Of a stretch of 25,448 bases of DNA, positions 7,912 through 16,983 are shown piece by piece. Positions within the stretch are counted from its first letter, which is position 1. Every line of letters begins with the position of its first letter. Origin of the DNA: an uncultured Dehalococcoidia bacterium (GTDB taxonomy: Bacteria; Chloroflexota; Dehalococcoidia; Lucifugimonadales; GCA-2712585). Location of the stretch: assembly GCA_913052045.1 (NCBI GenBank), contig CAJXDJ010000001.1, forward strand, positions 1 to 25,448, read 5' to 3'. The translations under genes and the position numbers were made by a program. The notes under the pieces are model-generated. The model saw only the letters and a program-made list of their open reading frames with translations, had not been told where the DNA came from and did no database searches.

Positions 7912-8709
7912 ATGAACAAAGTGAATGGTCCTATTGTTGTGAAGATAGGTGGTAGCACACTTGGAACGCACGACACAACACTTCAAGATTTGGCTGGTTT
8001 GCAAAAGGAAGGCTATCCAATTGTAACTGTCCATGGCGGCGGCAAAGTGATTAGCCAGTGGATGGAACGACAGGGTGTTTTGCCTCATTTTGTTCGTGGT
8101 AACCGTGTAACCGACTCGCAAAGTTTAGATATAGTGATAGCAGTTCTCACGGGCCTAATAAACAAACAATTAGTAGCCTCTCTCCTTTCGCTCAAAGCAA
8201 AGGTGATAGGAATCAGCGGAGTTGATGGAGGTATACTCGAATGCAAATTGTCCGAAACTTCGGAATTGGGACTTGTCGGTGAGGTAACCTCGGTAGATCC
8301 ATTGGCACTGGAGACACTAATGGCCAAAGGGTTCATGCCTCTAATGGCGCCAATCGGATTCCATGCTAACGATAATTCTAAATTATCAGGTTCCTTGCTA
8401 AACATCAACGGAGACTCTGTGACTGGAGACGTGGCCAGAAGTCTAAATGCCTCTAGATTAATTTTTCTTACTGATGTGGCGGGAGTTATGGATAACTCGG
8501 GACGATTGATTCCGCGTCTAAGCAGACGACAAGCTCGGATGTTAATCGAATCGGGTGTTGTTAAGGGTGGCATGATTCCGAAACTAGAAGCTTGCCTAAA
8601 AGCATCACAAAGTTTATCCCATGCGAATATAATAGATGGAAGAAAGCAAGGAGCACTCCGACAATGTATAGAAGGAGCAACTTTAGGCACTAGAATTGAA
8701 TTGAATTGA
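7912..8709 (+). CDS. argB: Acetylglutamate kinase
   Basis: Motifs IVVKIGGS, VHGGG, RVTD, LLNINGD, LIFLTDVAGV and GGMIPKL. Follows argJ. Confidence 0.95.
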   Translation: MNKVNGPIVVKIGGSTLGTHDTTLQDLAGLQKEGYPIVTVHGGGKVISQWMERQGVLPHFVRGNRVTDSQSLDIVIAVLTGLINKQLVASLLSLKAKVIGISGVDGGILECKLSETSELGLVGEVTSVDPLALETLMAKGFMPLMAPIGFHANDNSKLSGSLLNINGDSVTGDVARSLNASRLIFLTDVAGVMDNSGRLIPRLSRRQARMLIESGVVKGGMIPKLEACLKASQSLSHANIIDGRKQGALRQCIEGATLGTRIELN

Positions 8710-8791
8710 ATAAAGTCTCTATTAGTTCATTAAACTACGTTTTCTTTCAAAAATATTCCGTAAGTATTCAACTTGAACCCCAAACAAAGCT

Positions 8792-9529
8792 ATGAACCAC
8801 ATCAATGCACAACAAAACATTATCTTGAATGGATGTTTCAATTTTCGCGATCTTGGCGGTTATAGAACATACGACGGCAAAACTACACGATTCAACAAGA
8901 TTTTCCGTAGCGATGAACTCCATAACCTCACAACGAGAGATATATCACATCTAACGGCAGTTCTGGATATAAAGGCTATTATAGATCTTAGAAATCCATC
9001 GGAAATTAGAAAGTTTCAAATGGAAAATTTGCGCGCCCATGGTATCAGCTACTTCAAGATACCACTAGTGGGAGATGAGACTTGGCAGAATACGCCTCCG
9101 AATCTTATAGAATCATATCTTTCTATCTTACAGAATCGTACATCCGCACATCAGATTGGGAAAGTCGTCGAAATTATAGCCAAAAATATTCATCACTCGA
9201 GTCTATTTTTCTGCGTGGCAGGAAAAGATAGAACCGGTATAGTAGCAGCCGTGGTTCTCGGCCTATTAAATGTAACTAATCGAGACATCGTTAGTGACTA
9301 CGCTTTATCCAGGGGCCCATGGAAGTCACTGAAGGAGAAGATGCTATCCGATCCATTCAGAGCTCAATTAATAAGTACCCTGCCTAAGGATTTCCTGGTG
9401 GTAAGAGAATCTTTCATGACAGAAACCCTTCGAATCCTATCCAAAACCCATGGTTCTATTCATCAATATGCCAGATCCCTTGTAACCAACTCAACGTTCT
9501 TACGTATACGGGAGGCTTTAGTCTTATGA
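8792..9529 (+). CDS. Cys-dependent tyrosine/dual-specificity phosphatase family protein (PtpB/Y_phosphatase3-like)
   Basis: Motifs NFRDLGGY, FRSDEL, IIDLR, P-loop FCVAGKDRTG (CX5R) and IVSDYALS. Confidence 0.85.
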   Translation: MNHINAQQNIILNGCFNFRDLGGYRTYDGKTTRFNKIFRSDELHNLTTRDISHLTAVLDIKAIIDLRNPSEIRKFQMENLRAHGISYFKIPLVGDETWQNTPPNLIESYLSILQNRTSAHQIGKVVEIIAKNIHHSSLFFCVAGKDRTGIVAAVVLGLLNVTNRDIVSDYALSRGPWKSLKEKMLSDPFRAQLISTLPKDFLVVRESFMTETLRILSKTHGSIHQYARSLVTNSTFLRIREALVL

Positions 9530-9551
9530 ATAACCTCGGTTTTTATACCCT

Positions 9552-9580
9552 TTGATTGGACATTAACCCAACAACATAAT
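9552..9580 (+). promoter_or_regulatory. Candidate sigma70-type promoter for argD-argG
   Basis: TTGATT-N17-CATAAT 35 nt upstream of the argD GTG, with a GAGG SD. Confidence 0.5.
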
Positions 9581-9615
9581 ATAGTGAAAATTCCATCGTA
9601 AATAGAGAGGATAAA

Positions 9616-10800
9616 GTGAGCTCAGACTGGATTAACTTAGAGAAAAAATATTACGCCCAGACTGTACGCAGACAACCAATAGTGATCATACGTGGAAAAG
9701 GGTCGACGGTCTGGGATGTCGATGGCAAGGAATACTTGGATTTTACAGCTGGCTGGGCGGTATGTAACATTGGACACAATCACCCCACCATCGTCGAGGC
9801 TATCCAAGAGCAATCTCTGCAACTCATCCAAACCTCAAATGCGTACTATACAATACCTCAGCTAAAACTAGCCGAAATTCTAATCAAAAACTCCTGCTTA
9901 GACAGAATATTCCTTTGCCATAGTGGATTAGAAGCCAATGAAGGCGCTATAAAATTGGCACGGCGTTATGGGATGACAAAACGAGATGGAGCGTATGAAA
10001 TAATAACAGCTTTAAACTCTTTCCATGGGCGAAGCCTAACCACAATGGCGGCAACTGGCCAACCCCACTACCAAGAAAAATTCAAGCCGTTACCGAGCGG
10101 TTTCGTTCACGTAGAATTTAACGATCTGTCAGCGATTATGGAGGCAACAAACGACAAAACAGCCGCTGTGTTCCTGGAACCTATACAGGGGGAGGGCGGA
10201 GTAAACATACCATCAGACGACTATCTAAAAAATGTCCAAACCTGGTGCAGGCAACACAATATACTCTTCATGGTAGATGAGGTACAAACCGGTATGGGCC
10301 GTCTTGGCAGCTTATTCGGATATCAAGAATTCGGCCTACAACCAGATGTTATGACTTTGGCAAAGGGTCTCGGAGGCGGGGTGCCTATTGGAGCTTTTAT
10401 GTCAACAAACAATGCAATGTCGTTGACGTACGGTGATCATGGATCAACATTTGGAGGCAACCCCCTTACCTCTGCAGCAGCATACGCTGTAACCAAACAC
10501 ATAATAAATAATGATTTAGCGGCTAACGCACGGACCATGGGCAATTATCTAATGAATTTATTAGAAAGCCTTAAATCCAGATTTCCTTTCATTACTGAAA
10601 TCAGAGGCAGAGGGCTTTTAATTGCCATAGAGTTTGACGACGATATATCAGCTAGAGTCTTAGAGAAAACAAACGATGCCGGTATCTTATTAAATGCGGT
10701 TAAGCCCAATGCCCTACGGCTAATGCCTGCACTAAACATCACTACCGAAGAAATTACCCAGGGGATCGAAAGAATCGAGAAGGCTCTAACTCAACTATGA
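9616..10800 (+). CDS. argD: Acetylornithine aminotransferase (class III PLP)
   Basis: Motifs YLDFTAG, SGLEANEGA, SFHGR, EPIQGEGG, DEVQTGMGR, TLAKGLGGG and HGSTFGGNP. Lies in the arg cluster. Confidence 0.92.
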   Translation: MSSDWINLEKKYYAQTVRRQPIVIIRGKGSTVWDVDGKEYLDFTAGWAVCNIGHNHPTIVEAIQEQSLQLIQTSNAYYTIPQLKLAEILIKNSCLDRIFLCHSGLEANEGAIKLARRYGMTKRDGAYEIITALNSFHGRSLTTMAATGQPHYQEKFKPLPSGFVHVEFNDLSAIMEATNDKTAAVFLEPIQGEGGVNIPSDDYLKNVQTWCRQHNILFMVDEVQTGMGRLGSLFGYQEFGLQPDVMTLAKGLGGGVPIGAFMSTNNAMSLTYGDHGSTFGGNPLTSAAAYAVTKHIINNDLAANARTMGNYLMNLLESLKSRFPFITEIRGRGLLIAIEFDDDISARVLEKTNDAGILLNAVKPNALRLMPALNITTEEITQGIERIEKALTQL

Positions 10801-10812
10801 CCGGAGTAAAAA

Positions 10813-12009
10813 TTGGATAAGGAAACGATCATATTAGCCTACAGCGGAGGATTAGATACCTCAGTCTGCGTACGCTGGCTGCAAGAACATCATAATGCCA
10901 AAGTTATAACTTTGACCGCGGACCTTGGTATGGTGGATCTAGAATCCGTTAAATCAAAGGCACTGCAAATCGGTGCCAGTGAGGCCTTAGTAATAGATGG
11001 GCGCAGAGAATTCGTCGAAAACTTCGTATTTCCAGCTCTCAAAGCTGGTGCAATCTACGAAGAACGTTATCCCTTAGCTACAGCCCTCGGCAGACCACTA
11101 ATAGCAAAATATATGACCGAGGCAGCAATTAGATTCGGGGCCACATCATTAGCACATGGCTGCACAGGGAAAGGCAACGATCAGGTCAGGATGGATGTAA
11201 GTGTTGGAGCCTTGGCTCCAGACTTAAAGGTAATTGCGCCAGTGAGAGAGTGGGGCTGGTCAAGAGACGAAGAAATAGAATATGCTCTACAACATAACAT
11301 CCCAGTTGAAGTAAAGAAGAGCAGATTTTCGGTAGACGAAAACCTCTGGGGTCGTAGCGTAGAAGCAGGTGAACTCGAAGATCCCTGGGAAGAACCTCCA
11401 GAAGAAGCTTATGCCTGGACACGACCAATATCCAGTACACCAGATGATCCAGTCTATATAGAGATAGGATTTGTCAAAGGCACCCCTACATCAATAGACG
11501 GCGAAGATATGACCGCCATCGATCTGGTAGACCACCTTAACTTTATCGCCGGAGAACACGGAATAGGACGAATCGACCATATGGAAAATCGCCTAGTGGG
11601 CATAAAATCCCGAGAGGTATATGAAGCTCCCGCCGGATTAACCCTTTTCACAGCACACAAATCCTTGGAAAGTCTTACATTAAGCAAAAATCAATCCCGC
11701 ATGAAACAACTAATAGCTCAGGAGTACGCGGACGTGGTTTATAATGGACTTTGGTACTCAGCTCACCGACGGGATATGGATGCTTACGTGGAAAGCACTC
11801 AACAAAATGTGACTGGATCTGTTCGCGTGAAGTTATACAAAGGTAACTGCATCGTGGTGGGGCTCAAATCCCCAAGAGCATTATACAGTCGGACACTCGC
11901 AACATACGAACGAGGAGATACCTTCGACCACAGGGCGTCGGAAGGATTCATATCTATCTTTGGTTTGCCAATTAGAACCGAAACGAGAAAACATAAGGAG
12001 AAAGAATAG
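10813..12009 (+). CDS. argG: Argininosuccinate synthase
   Basis: Motifs LAYSGGLDTS, HGCTGKGNDQVR, DENLWGRS and VGIKSREVYEAP. TTG start with GGAG SD. Confidence 0.97.
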   Translation: MDKETIILAYSGGLDTSVCVRWLQEHHNAKVITLTADLGMVDLESVKSKALQIGASEALVIDGRREFVENFVFPALKAGAIYEERYPLATALGRPLIAKYMTEAAIRFGATSLAHGCTGKGNDQVRMDVSVGALAPDLKVIAPVREWGWSRDEEIEYALQHNIPVEVKKSRFSVDENLWGRSVEAGELEDPWEEPPEEAYAWTRPISSTPDDPVYIEIGFVKGTPTSIDGEDMTAIDLVDHLNFIAGEHGIGRIDHMENRLVGIKSREVYEAPAGLTLFTAHKSLESLTLSKNQSRMKQLIAQEYADVVYNGLWYSAHRRDMDAYVESTQQNVTGSVRVKLYKGNCIVVGLKSPRALYSRTLATYERGDTFDHRASEGFISIFGLPIRTETRKHKEKE

Positions 12010-12031
12010 CTCTAAGAAACATATGTCTATC

Positions 12032-12093
12032 ATATGCTGACCGTGACTATTACGAACAGCATATACCATTGACTATAACCAACAGAGTTATAG
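12032..12093 (+). other. Two stem-loops/inverted repeats in the argG-argH spacer
   Basis: ATATGCTG...CAGCATAT (12032-12064, with an inner CGTG/TACG helix) and CTATAAC-N7-GTTATAG (12073-12093). Confidence 0.5.
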
Positions 12094-12103
12094 AAGTTTA
12101 GCC

Positions 12104-13450
12104 GTGAACAAAGATATTTCAAACTACACAGTTTCCATCCAGTACGACAGGCGACTGTATCAGGAAGACATACTTGCTTCAAAAGTTCATTCAAAAATGC
12201 TGGCTAAACAAGGAATTATTCCGAAACGTGACTCCGAGATAATTTGCGAGGGGCTCGATGTAATTAGCAACGAAATCCAGAATGAAACGTTTCCGTGGAA
12301 ATCCGAGTTGGAAGACATCCACATGAACATTGAGGCACGGCTGAAGGAGAAAGTTGGAAGTCTGGCCGGAAAGCTACATACGGCACGCTCCCGCAACGAT
12401 CAAGTAGCGACAGATATGCGAATGTTCTGCAAAAAATCATGTATACAAAGTCTGGAATTGCTCACTTCCCTCCAAAGTTGCATTTTGAATAGGGCAGAGG
12501 AACATAGTGGCCTGATAATGTCAGGCTACACACACCTACAAAAAGCTCAACCTGTCCTCTTTGCACATCACATGCTTGCCTACTTTCAAATGCTAGAGAG
12601 AGATAAACTTCGATTCCGTGGATGTTATGATACTTCCGACGTTCTTCCCCTGGGGAGCGGAGCACTCGGAGGAGTCCCTTATCCTATTGACAGATCATTT
12701 GTGGCCTCAAAGCTAGGGTTCAAAAGAATCAGCGCTAACAGCATGGATGCTGTGTCCGATAGAGATTACCTGATAGAATATCAACTGGCTGCCTCAATAT
12801 GTATGATGCACCTATCCAGATTGGCGGAAGAACTAATCTTATGGTCGTCACAAGAATTCGGATACATAACTCTAGATGCTACTCACACTACCGGGAGTAG
12901 TATCATGCCTCAGAAACGCAATCCGGACTACGCAGAAATTGCGAGGGGCAAAACAGGCCGAGTCTACGGTAATTTGATATCAATACTCACGACGCTAAAG
13001 GGTCTGCCTCTCACCTACAACAGGGACATGCAGGAGGATAAGGAAGGTCATTTCGATTCCGTTGATACTCTTAACCAAACTCTGAGAGTGTTCTGCGCCA
13101 TGATAGGAAATATGACAGTCAACGCCGACAAAATAACCAGGGCTGCTGAAACCGGTCAAATGTTGGCGACCGATGTCGCTGATTATTTAGTTTCTAAGGG
13201 TCTCCCGTTTAGAGAAGCACATACAATAGTAAGCAAAATCTGCGATTACGCCCGGGACAACAAAAAGGAAGTCCATTCCTTATCACTCAAAGAATATAAA
13301 AAGTTTTCACAGACGTTTGACGGTGACGTACTTCTGATTAATCTAAAAAGTTCCGTGGAATCTAGGGATGTCGTTGGAGGCACAGCACCTAACAGAGTAA
13401 GTAACGCTATAAAGGAAGCAAGACAACAACTAGAGGTGTCCGATGAGTAA
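12104..13450 (+). CDS. argH: Argininosuccinate lyase
   Basis: Motifs EDIHMNIE, HTARSRNDQ, GYTHLQKAQP, signature GSSIMPQKRNPD, YNRDMQEDKE and GLPFREAH. Confidence 0.97.
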   Translation: MNKDISNYTVSIQYDRRLYQEDILASKVHSKMLAKQGIIPKRDSEIICEGLDVISNEIQNETFPWKSELEDIHMNIEARLKEKVGSLAGKLHTARSRNDQVATDMRMFCKKSCIQSLELLTSLQSCILNRAEEHSGLIMSGYTHLQKAQPVLFAHHMLAYFQMLERDKLRFRGCYDTSDVLPLGSGALGGVPYPIDRSFVASKLGFKRISANSMDAVSDRDYLIEYQLAASICMMHLSRLAEELILWSSQEFGYITLDATHTTGSSIMPQKRNPDYAEIARGKTGRVYGNLISILTTLKGLPLTYNRDMQEDKEGHFDSVDTLNQTLRVFCAMIGNMTVNADKITRAAETGQMLATDVADYLVSKGLPFREAHTIVSKICDYARDNKKEVHSLSLKEYKKFSQTFDGDVLLINLKSSVESRDVVGGTAPNRVSNAIKEARQQLEVSDE

Positions 13451-14123
13451 TACACCGATCAAGATAGCGCCTTCGATTTTATCTGGAGACTTCTCACGCC
13501 TGGGAGACCAAGTCCGTGAAGCCACTGCTGCAGGCGCAAACTATATTCATTTAGATGTAATGGACGGACGATATGTACCAAATCTAACATTCGGATCTGT
13601 GGTGATAGAGAATCTAAACGAATACACAAATTTGCCACTGGATGCACATTTAATGGTCGTAGACCCAGATCGTCACGTCAACAACTTCATCAAGGCGGGA
13701 GTGCATCATATAACAGTTCATGTCGAGGCCGCCAATCACCTGCACAGTATAATATACGGAATCAAGGAAGCCGGACTAAAAGCAGGTGTTGCTCTAAACC
13801 CGTCTACCCCCATTTCTGCAATCGAAGAGATATTGCCCTTTATTGACATCGCGCTGATATTGACAGTTAATCCTGGTTTTTCTGGTCAAACCCTTATTCC
13901 TTCGGCACTCAATAAGGCCACAAAACTTAAGAACATCATACAAGAAAAGGGTTATACCGTTGAAATAGAAGTAGACGGAGGAGTTAATCCCGAAACTGCA
14001 GCTATGGTGGCTAAGTCAGGAGCAGATACCGTAGTAGCAGGTTCCGCTATATTCAACAACAAAGTATCAATAAGTCAAGCTATGAATAACCTCAGGTCAA
14101 AACTGCAGGAGCCATTTAACTAG
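13443..14123 (+). CDS. rpe: Ribulose-phosphate 3-epimerase
   Basis: Motifs IAPSILS, HLDVMDG, DAHLMV, MTVNPGF-like LTVNPGFSGQ, EVDGG and VAGSAIF. Overlaps argH by 8 bp. Confidence 0.97.
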   Translation: MSNTPIKIAPSILSGDFSRLGDQVREATAAGANYIHLDVMDGRYVPNLTFGSVVIENLNEYTNLPLDAHLMVVDPDRHVNNFIKAGVHHITVHVEAANHLHSIIYGIKEAGLKAGVALNPSTPISAIEEILPFIDIALILTVNPGFSGQTLIPSALNKATKLKNIIQEKGYTVEIEVDGGVNPETAAMVAKSGADTVVAGSAIFNNKVSISQAMNNLRSKLQEPFN

Positions 14124-14310
14124 TTAGCGCTTTTGAAGTTTTATGCGTCGTCCTTAGACAACGAGTGCATATCTTAACTCTTTGATAAACTCCGTTTACC
14201 TGAATAGTCAGCTTTTGAATATTCGGCAGGAAACGAGTTTTTGTATGTCTCTTGGAATGGCTGACATTGTTACCAGCCATGCCCTTTTTGTCACAGAACT
14301 CGCACTTCAT
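14116..14310 (-). CDS. rpmB: 50S ribosomal protein L28 (Cys-containing, zinc-binding-type form)
   Basis: Motifs CEFC, GNNVSHS, FLPNIQ and CTRCL. GGGAG SD. Confidence 0.96.
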   Translation of the reverse strand: MKCEFCDKKGMAGNNVSHSKRHTKTRFLPNIQKLTIQVNGVYQRVKICTRCLRTTHKTSKALTS

Positions 14311-14325
14311 GGATGCTCCCTCTAA

Positions 14326-14355
14326 TTGACCCTACTTTCACTATTAGCTTAGAAT
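14326..14355 (+). promoter_or_regulatory. Candidate promoter for the DAK2-degV unit
   Basis: TTGACC-N18-TAGAAT in the divergent rpmB/DAK2 spacer. Confidence 0.45.
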
Positions 14356-14405
14356 TCAGACTAGAATAGTATCAGATGACCTAGGTTTAAGACAAGGAGA
14401 ATGCA

Positions 14406-16061
14406 ATACCATATCGTAAAAACATAATTCTAGATAGAATAGACGGTCTTCAGTTCATCTCTGCCCTCTCAACAGCCACCTTGTGCCTGGAACGATATTC
14501 TAATCTTATAAACGCACTCAATGTTTTTCCAGTTCCTGATGGAGACACGGGAACAAATATGTTATTGACTATGCAATCCGTCATTAAAGAGGCGAAAGAC
14601 CCTAAGAGTTCAGATTTATCTGCCGTGTTTCAAAAAATCTCAAGGGGAGCCTTGTTGGGAGCTCGCGGTAACAGCGGAGTAATTCTCTCTCAATTTTTGT
14701 CAGGAATGACTAAAGAGTTTCAAGGCCATTCTTATTGTAACGCCACTCTACTTGCACAAGCATTCCAATCTGGATCCAACTCGGCATATAACGCCGTATC
14801 TAAGCCTGTGGAAGGAACAATGTTGACCGTCCTAAGAGAGCTATCAAATAAAGCTCTAGAGCAAGCCATAAATTCCGTAAACATAATGGTTGTTCTTGAA
14901 GCATCGCTTCAAGAAGCCCACCAATCGTTGGAAAGAACACCTGATCTTCTACCCATACTGAGAGAGGCAGGTGTGGTTGATTCGGGAGGACAAGGACTAG
15001 TAGTAATGTTAGAAGGTCTCATTTGTCACTTCAAAGGTAACGACCCAAACAAACTAAGGATTAATATGGCGTCTCCCACCGGAATTGAAATCGATGGATA
15101 CCCTAAGGTAGACCCTACTTTCCTTTCTGCAATTAACGAAAGCACGTACGGCTATTGCACCCAGTTTATTATCGAAGGACAGCTTATGGATATGAAACAG
15201 GTACAGCTTGCAGTTGAAGAGTTCGGAGATTCTGTAACAGTTATTGGCGATGAATCTCTAATAAAGGTTCACCTACACACTCTAGAGCCCAGGAAAGCTT
15301 TAGATTCCTGTTCCCGGTTCGGTGAAACTAGACAATTTCATGTGGACGATATAGATTCTCAACACAAACAGTTCAAAGCTCAAGGACTTAGACATCAGGA
15401 ACCTCCCAGGTTAGGTTTACTTGCTATCTGTGTCGGCTCTGGATTCACAGATGTTCTTAAAGATTTGGGATGTCATTCCGTAATCAATTGTGGTGATTTA
15501 ATGAATCCAAGTGCCCAAGAAATAATTTCTGGTGTTGAGAGTATTGGAGCAAAACGGGTAGCAGTGCTACCTAACAACTCCGACGTGATTCCAACCATTT
15601 TACAAGCCGCGTCCATGACTGAGGTAGAACTAATATGTATTCCCACAAAGTCCATCCCTCAAGGGATATCAGCACTTTTAGGTTACAGCCCTGAGGTTTC
15701 TGTTGAAGATGCCCTAAGTTCGATGAAAGAAAACATTAGCAACGTAAAAACCCTAGAAATTACTCGAGCGGCAAAAAGTGCACGAATCAACAGCACCGAT
15801 ATAGATCAAGGTCAAATAATTGGACGGATCGAAGGTAATATGATAGTGACGGGCGAGACTACACTAGAGGTCCTAAAAAAAGGAATATTGGAATGTGAAC
15901 TACCTCGAGTCAGCCTTGTAACGCTATATTGGGGGCACACAACAAACGAAGACGAAGCACAAGAAACCTCCGACCTACTACAAAGAATTCTTCCAAATTT
16001 AGAGTTGGAACTGGTTTACGGTGGGCAACCGCATTATAATTACATAGTTTCCTTGGAGTGA
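14406..16061 (+). CDS. DAK2 domain fusion protein (YloV / fatty acid kinase subunit A, FakA-like); start uncertain
   Basis: Motifs INALNVFPVPDGDTGTNM, GARGNSGVILSQ, KPVEGTMLTV, VVDSGGQG, YGYCTQF, KVHLHT, MNPS and GGQPHY. The ORF track starts at TTG 14481, but the frame is open from 14391 and family-like sequence extends upstream. Confidence 0.9.
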   Translation: MPYRKNIILDRIDGLQFISALSTATLCLERYSNLINALNVFPVPDGDTGTNMLLTMQSVIKEAKDPKSSDLSAVFQKISRGALLGARGNSGVILSQFLSGMTKEFQGHSYCNATLLAQAFQSGSNSAYNAVSKPVEGTMLTVLRELSNKALEQAINSVNIMVVLEASLQEAHQSLERTPDLLPILREAGVVDSGGQGLVVMLEGLICHFKGNDPNKLRINMASPTGIEIDGYPKVDPTFLSAINESTYGYCTQFIIEGQLMDMKQVQLAVEEFGDSVTVIGDESLIKVHLHTLEPRKALDSCSRFGETRQFHVDDIDSQHKQFKAQGLRHQEPPRLGLLAICVGSGFTDVLKDLGCHSVINCGDLMNPSAQEIISGVESIGAKRVAVLPNNSDVIPTILQAASMTEVELICIPTKSIPQGISALLGYSPEVSVEDALSSMKENISNVKTLEITRAAKSARINSTDIDQGQIIGRIEGNMIVTGETTLEVLKKGILECELPRVSLVTLYWGHTTNEDEAQETSDLLQRILPNLELELVYGGQPHYNYIVSLE

Positions 16062-16063
16062 TC

Positions 16064-16912
16064 ATGACAATTCAAATCGTTACCGACAGCACAGCAGATT
16101 TACCAGATACTTTAACAAAAGAATATCAAATTTCGGTTGTACCGCTTTATGTAAACATTAAAACGACTGATGGACTTGAAAGCCTGAGGGATGGCATAGA
16201 CATAGACCACACTACTTTCTATAAAACCCTTGCTAACGATGATAATCTACCAACAACGTCCCAACCTTCCGTACAAGACTTCTATGAAGTCTATAAGCCA
16301 ATAGTAGATGCCGGCTCACAAATTATCTCAATACATGTTTCATCAAAACTTAGTGCAACCTACAATGCAGCGTTGCAAGCAAAAGCTGCTATTGGGCCCA
16401 ATGCACCTATAGAAATTGTAGACTCTCAACAAGTATCCGTGGGACTGGGTCTAACCGTATTGAAGGCGGCACAAGCCATAAAAGAAACTAGAGAGTTAAA
16501 TGATATCCTAAGCTTGATACAAAATATTCGAAGCAGAATTGAACTCTATGTGGTTGTAGATACATTAGAGTTTTTAGAAAAGGGCGGACGCATTGGCAAA
16601 GCGGCGGCTTTTTTAGGTTCGATGCTTAAAGTAAAACCAATACTCACATTGGAAGAAGGCGAAGTACGCCCACTAGAACGGGTACGGACTCGAATTAAAG
16701 CTATCAATAGATTAGCCGAACTGGCAAGCGCAGGAGGACACATAGAAGACATGTTCATTTTTCACAACACTACTCCCGAAGATTGCCAGTCTTTGCAAGA
16801 CACGTTAACCAAACAGCTTAATCTTAAAACCATCACCATATGTAAGCTGGGACCAGTTGTTGGAACTCATGCCGGCCCAGGCGCCCTCGGATTAGGATTT
16901 CTCAAATCCTAA
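16064..16912 (+). CDS. DegV family fatty-acid-binding protein (FakB-like)
   Basis: Motifs IVTDSTADL, PTTSQPS, HVSSKLSATY, VDTLEFLEKGGRIG, KPIL and VVGTHAGPG. The ATG at 16064 has a GGAG SD; an alternative is the GTG at 16058. Confidence 0.93.
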   Translation: MTIQIVTDSTADLPDTLTKEYQISVVPLYVNIKTTDGLESLRDGIDIDHTTFYKTLANDDNLPTTSQPSVQDFYEVYKPIVDAGSQIISIHVSSKLSATYNAALQAKAAIGPNAPIEIVDSQQVSVGLGLTVLKAAQAIKETRELNDILSLIQNIRSRIELYVVVDTLEFLEKGGRIGKAAAFLGSMLKVKPILTLEEGEVRPLERVRTRIKAINRLAELASAGGHIEDMFIFHNTTPEDCQSLQDTLTKQLNLKTITICKLGPVVGTHAGPGALGLGFLKS

Positions 16913-16938
16913 TTTCATCAATTAATGTCTGTTAGATT

Positions 16939-16977
16939 GACCCAATTCTTGGGTCTTGACGATCACCATGCTACACT
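16939..16977 (+). promoter_or_regulatory. GACCCAA/TTGGGTC hairpin and extended -10 (TGcTACACT) upstream of recG
   Basis: Perfect 7-bp inverted repeat at 16939-16955. TG-n-TACACT at 16969-16977 ends 6 nt before the ATG, and there is no SD. Confidence 0.45.
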
Positions 16978-16983
16978 TTAGAC

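Noticed and set aside
8085-8690. 201-aa minus-strand ORF
   Set aside because: It is fully antisense to argB and has no recognisable motif, so it is a shadow ORF.
8700-8791. Possible ArgR box after argB
   Set aside because: TGAAT and ATTCA half-sites are present but not at the canonical spacing.
6519-12084. CAACA in the spacers of the argJ, argD and argH candidate promoters (6519, 9569, 12080)
   Set aside because: It is only 5 nt and lies at different distances from the -35, which is too weak to call a shared operator.
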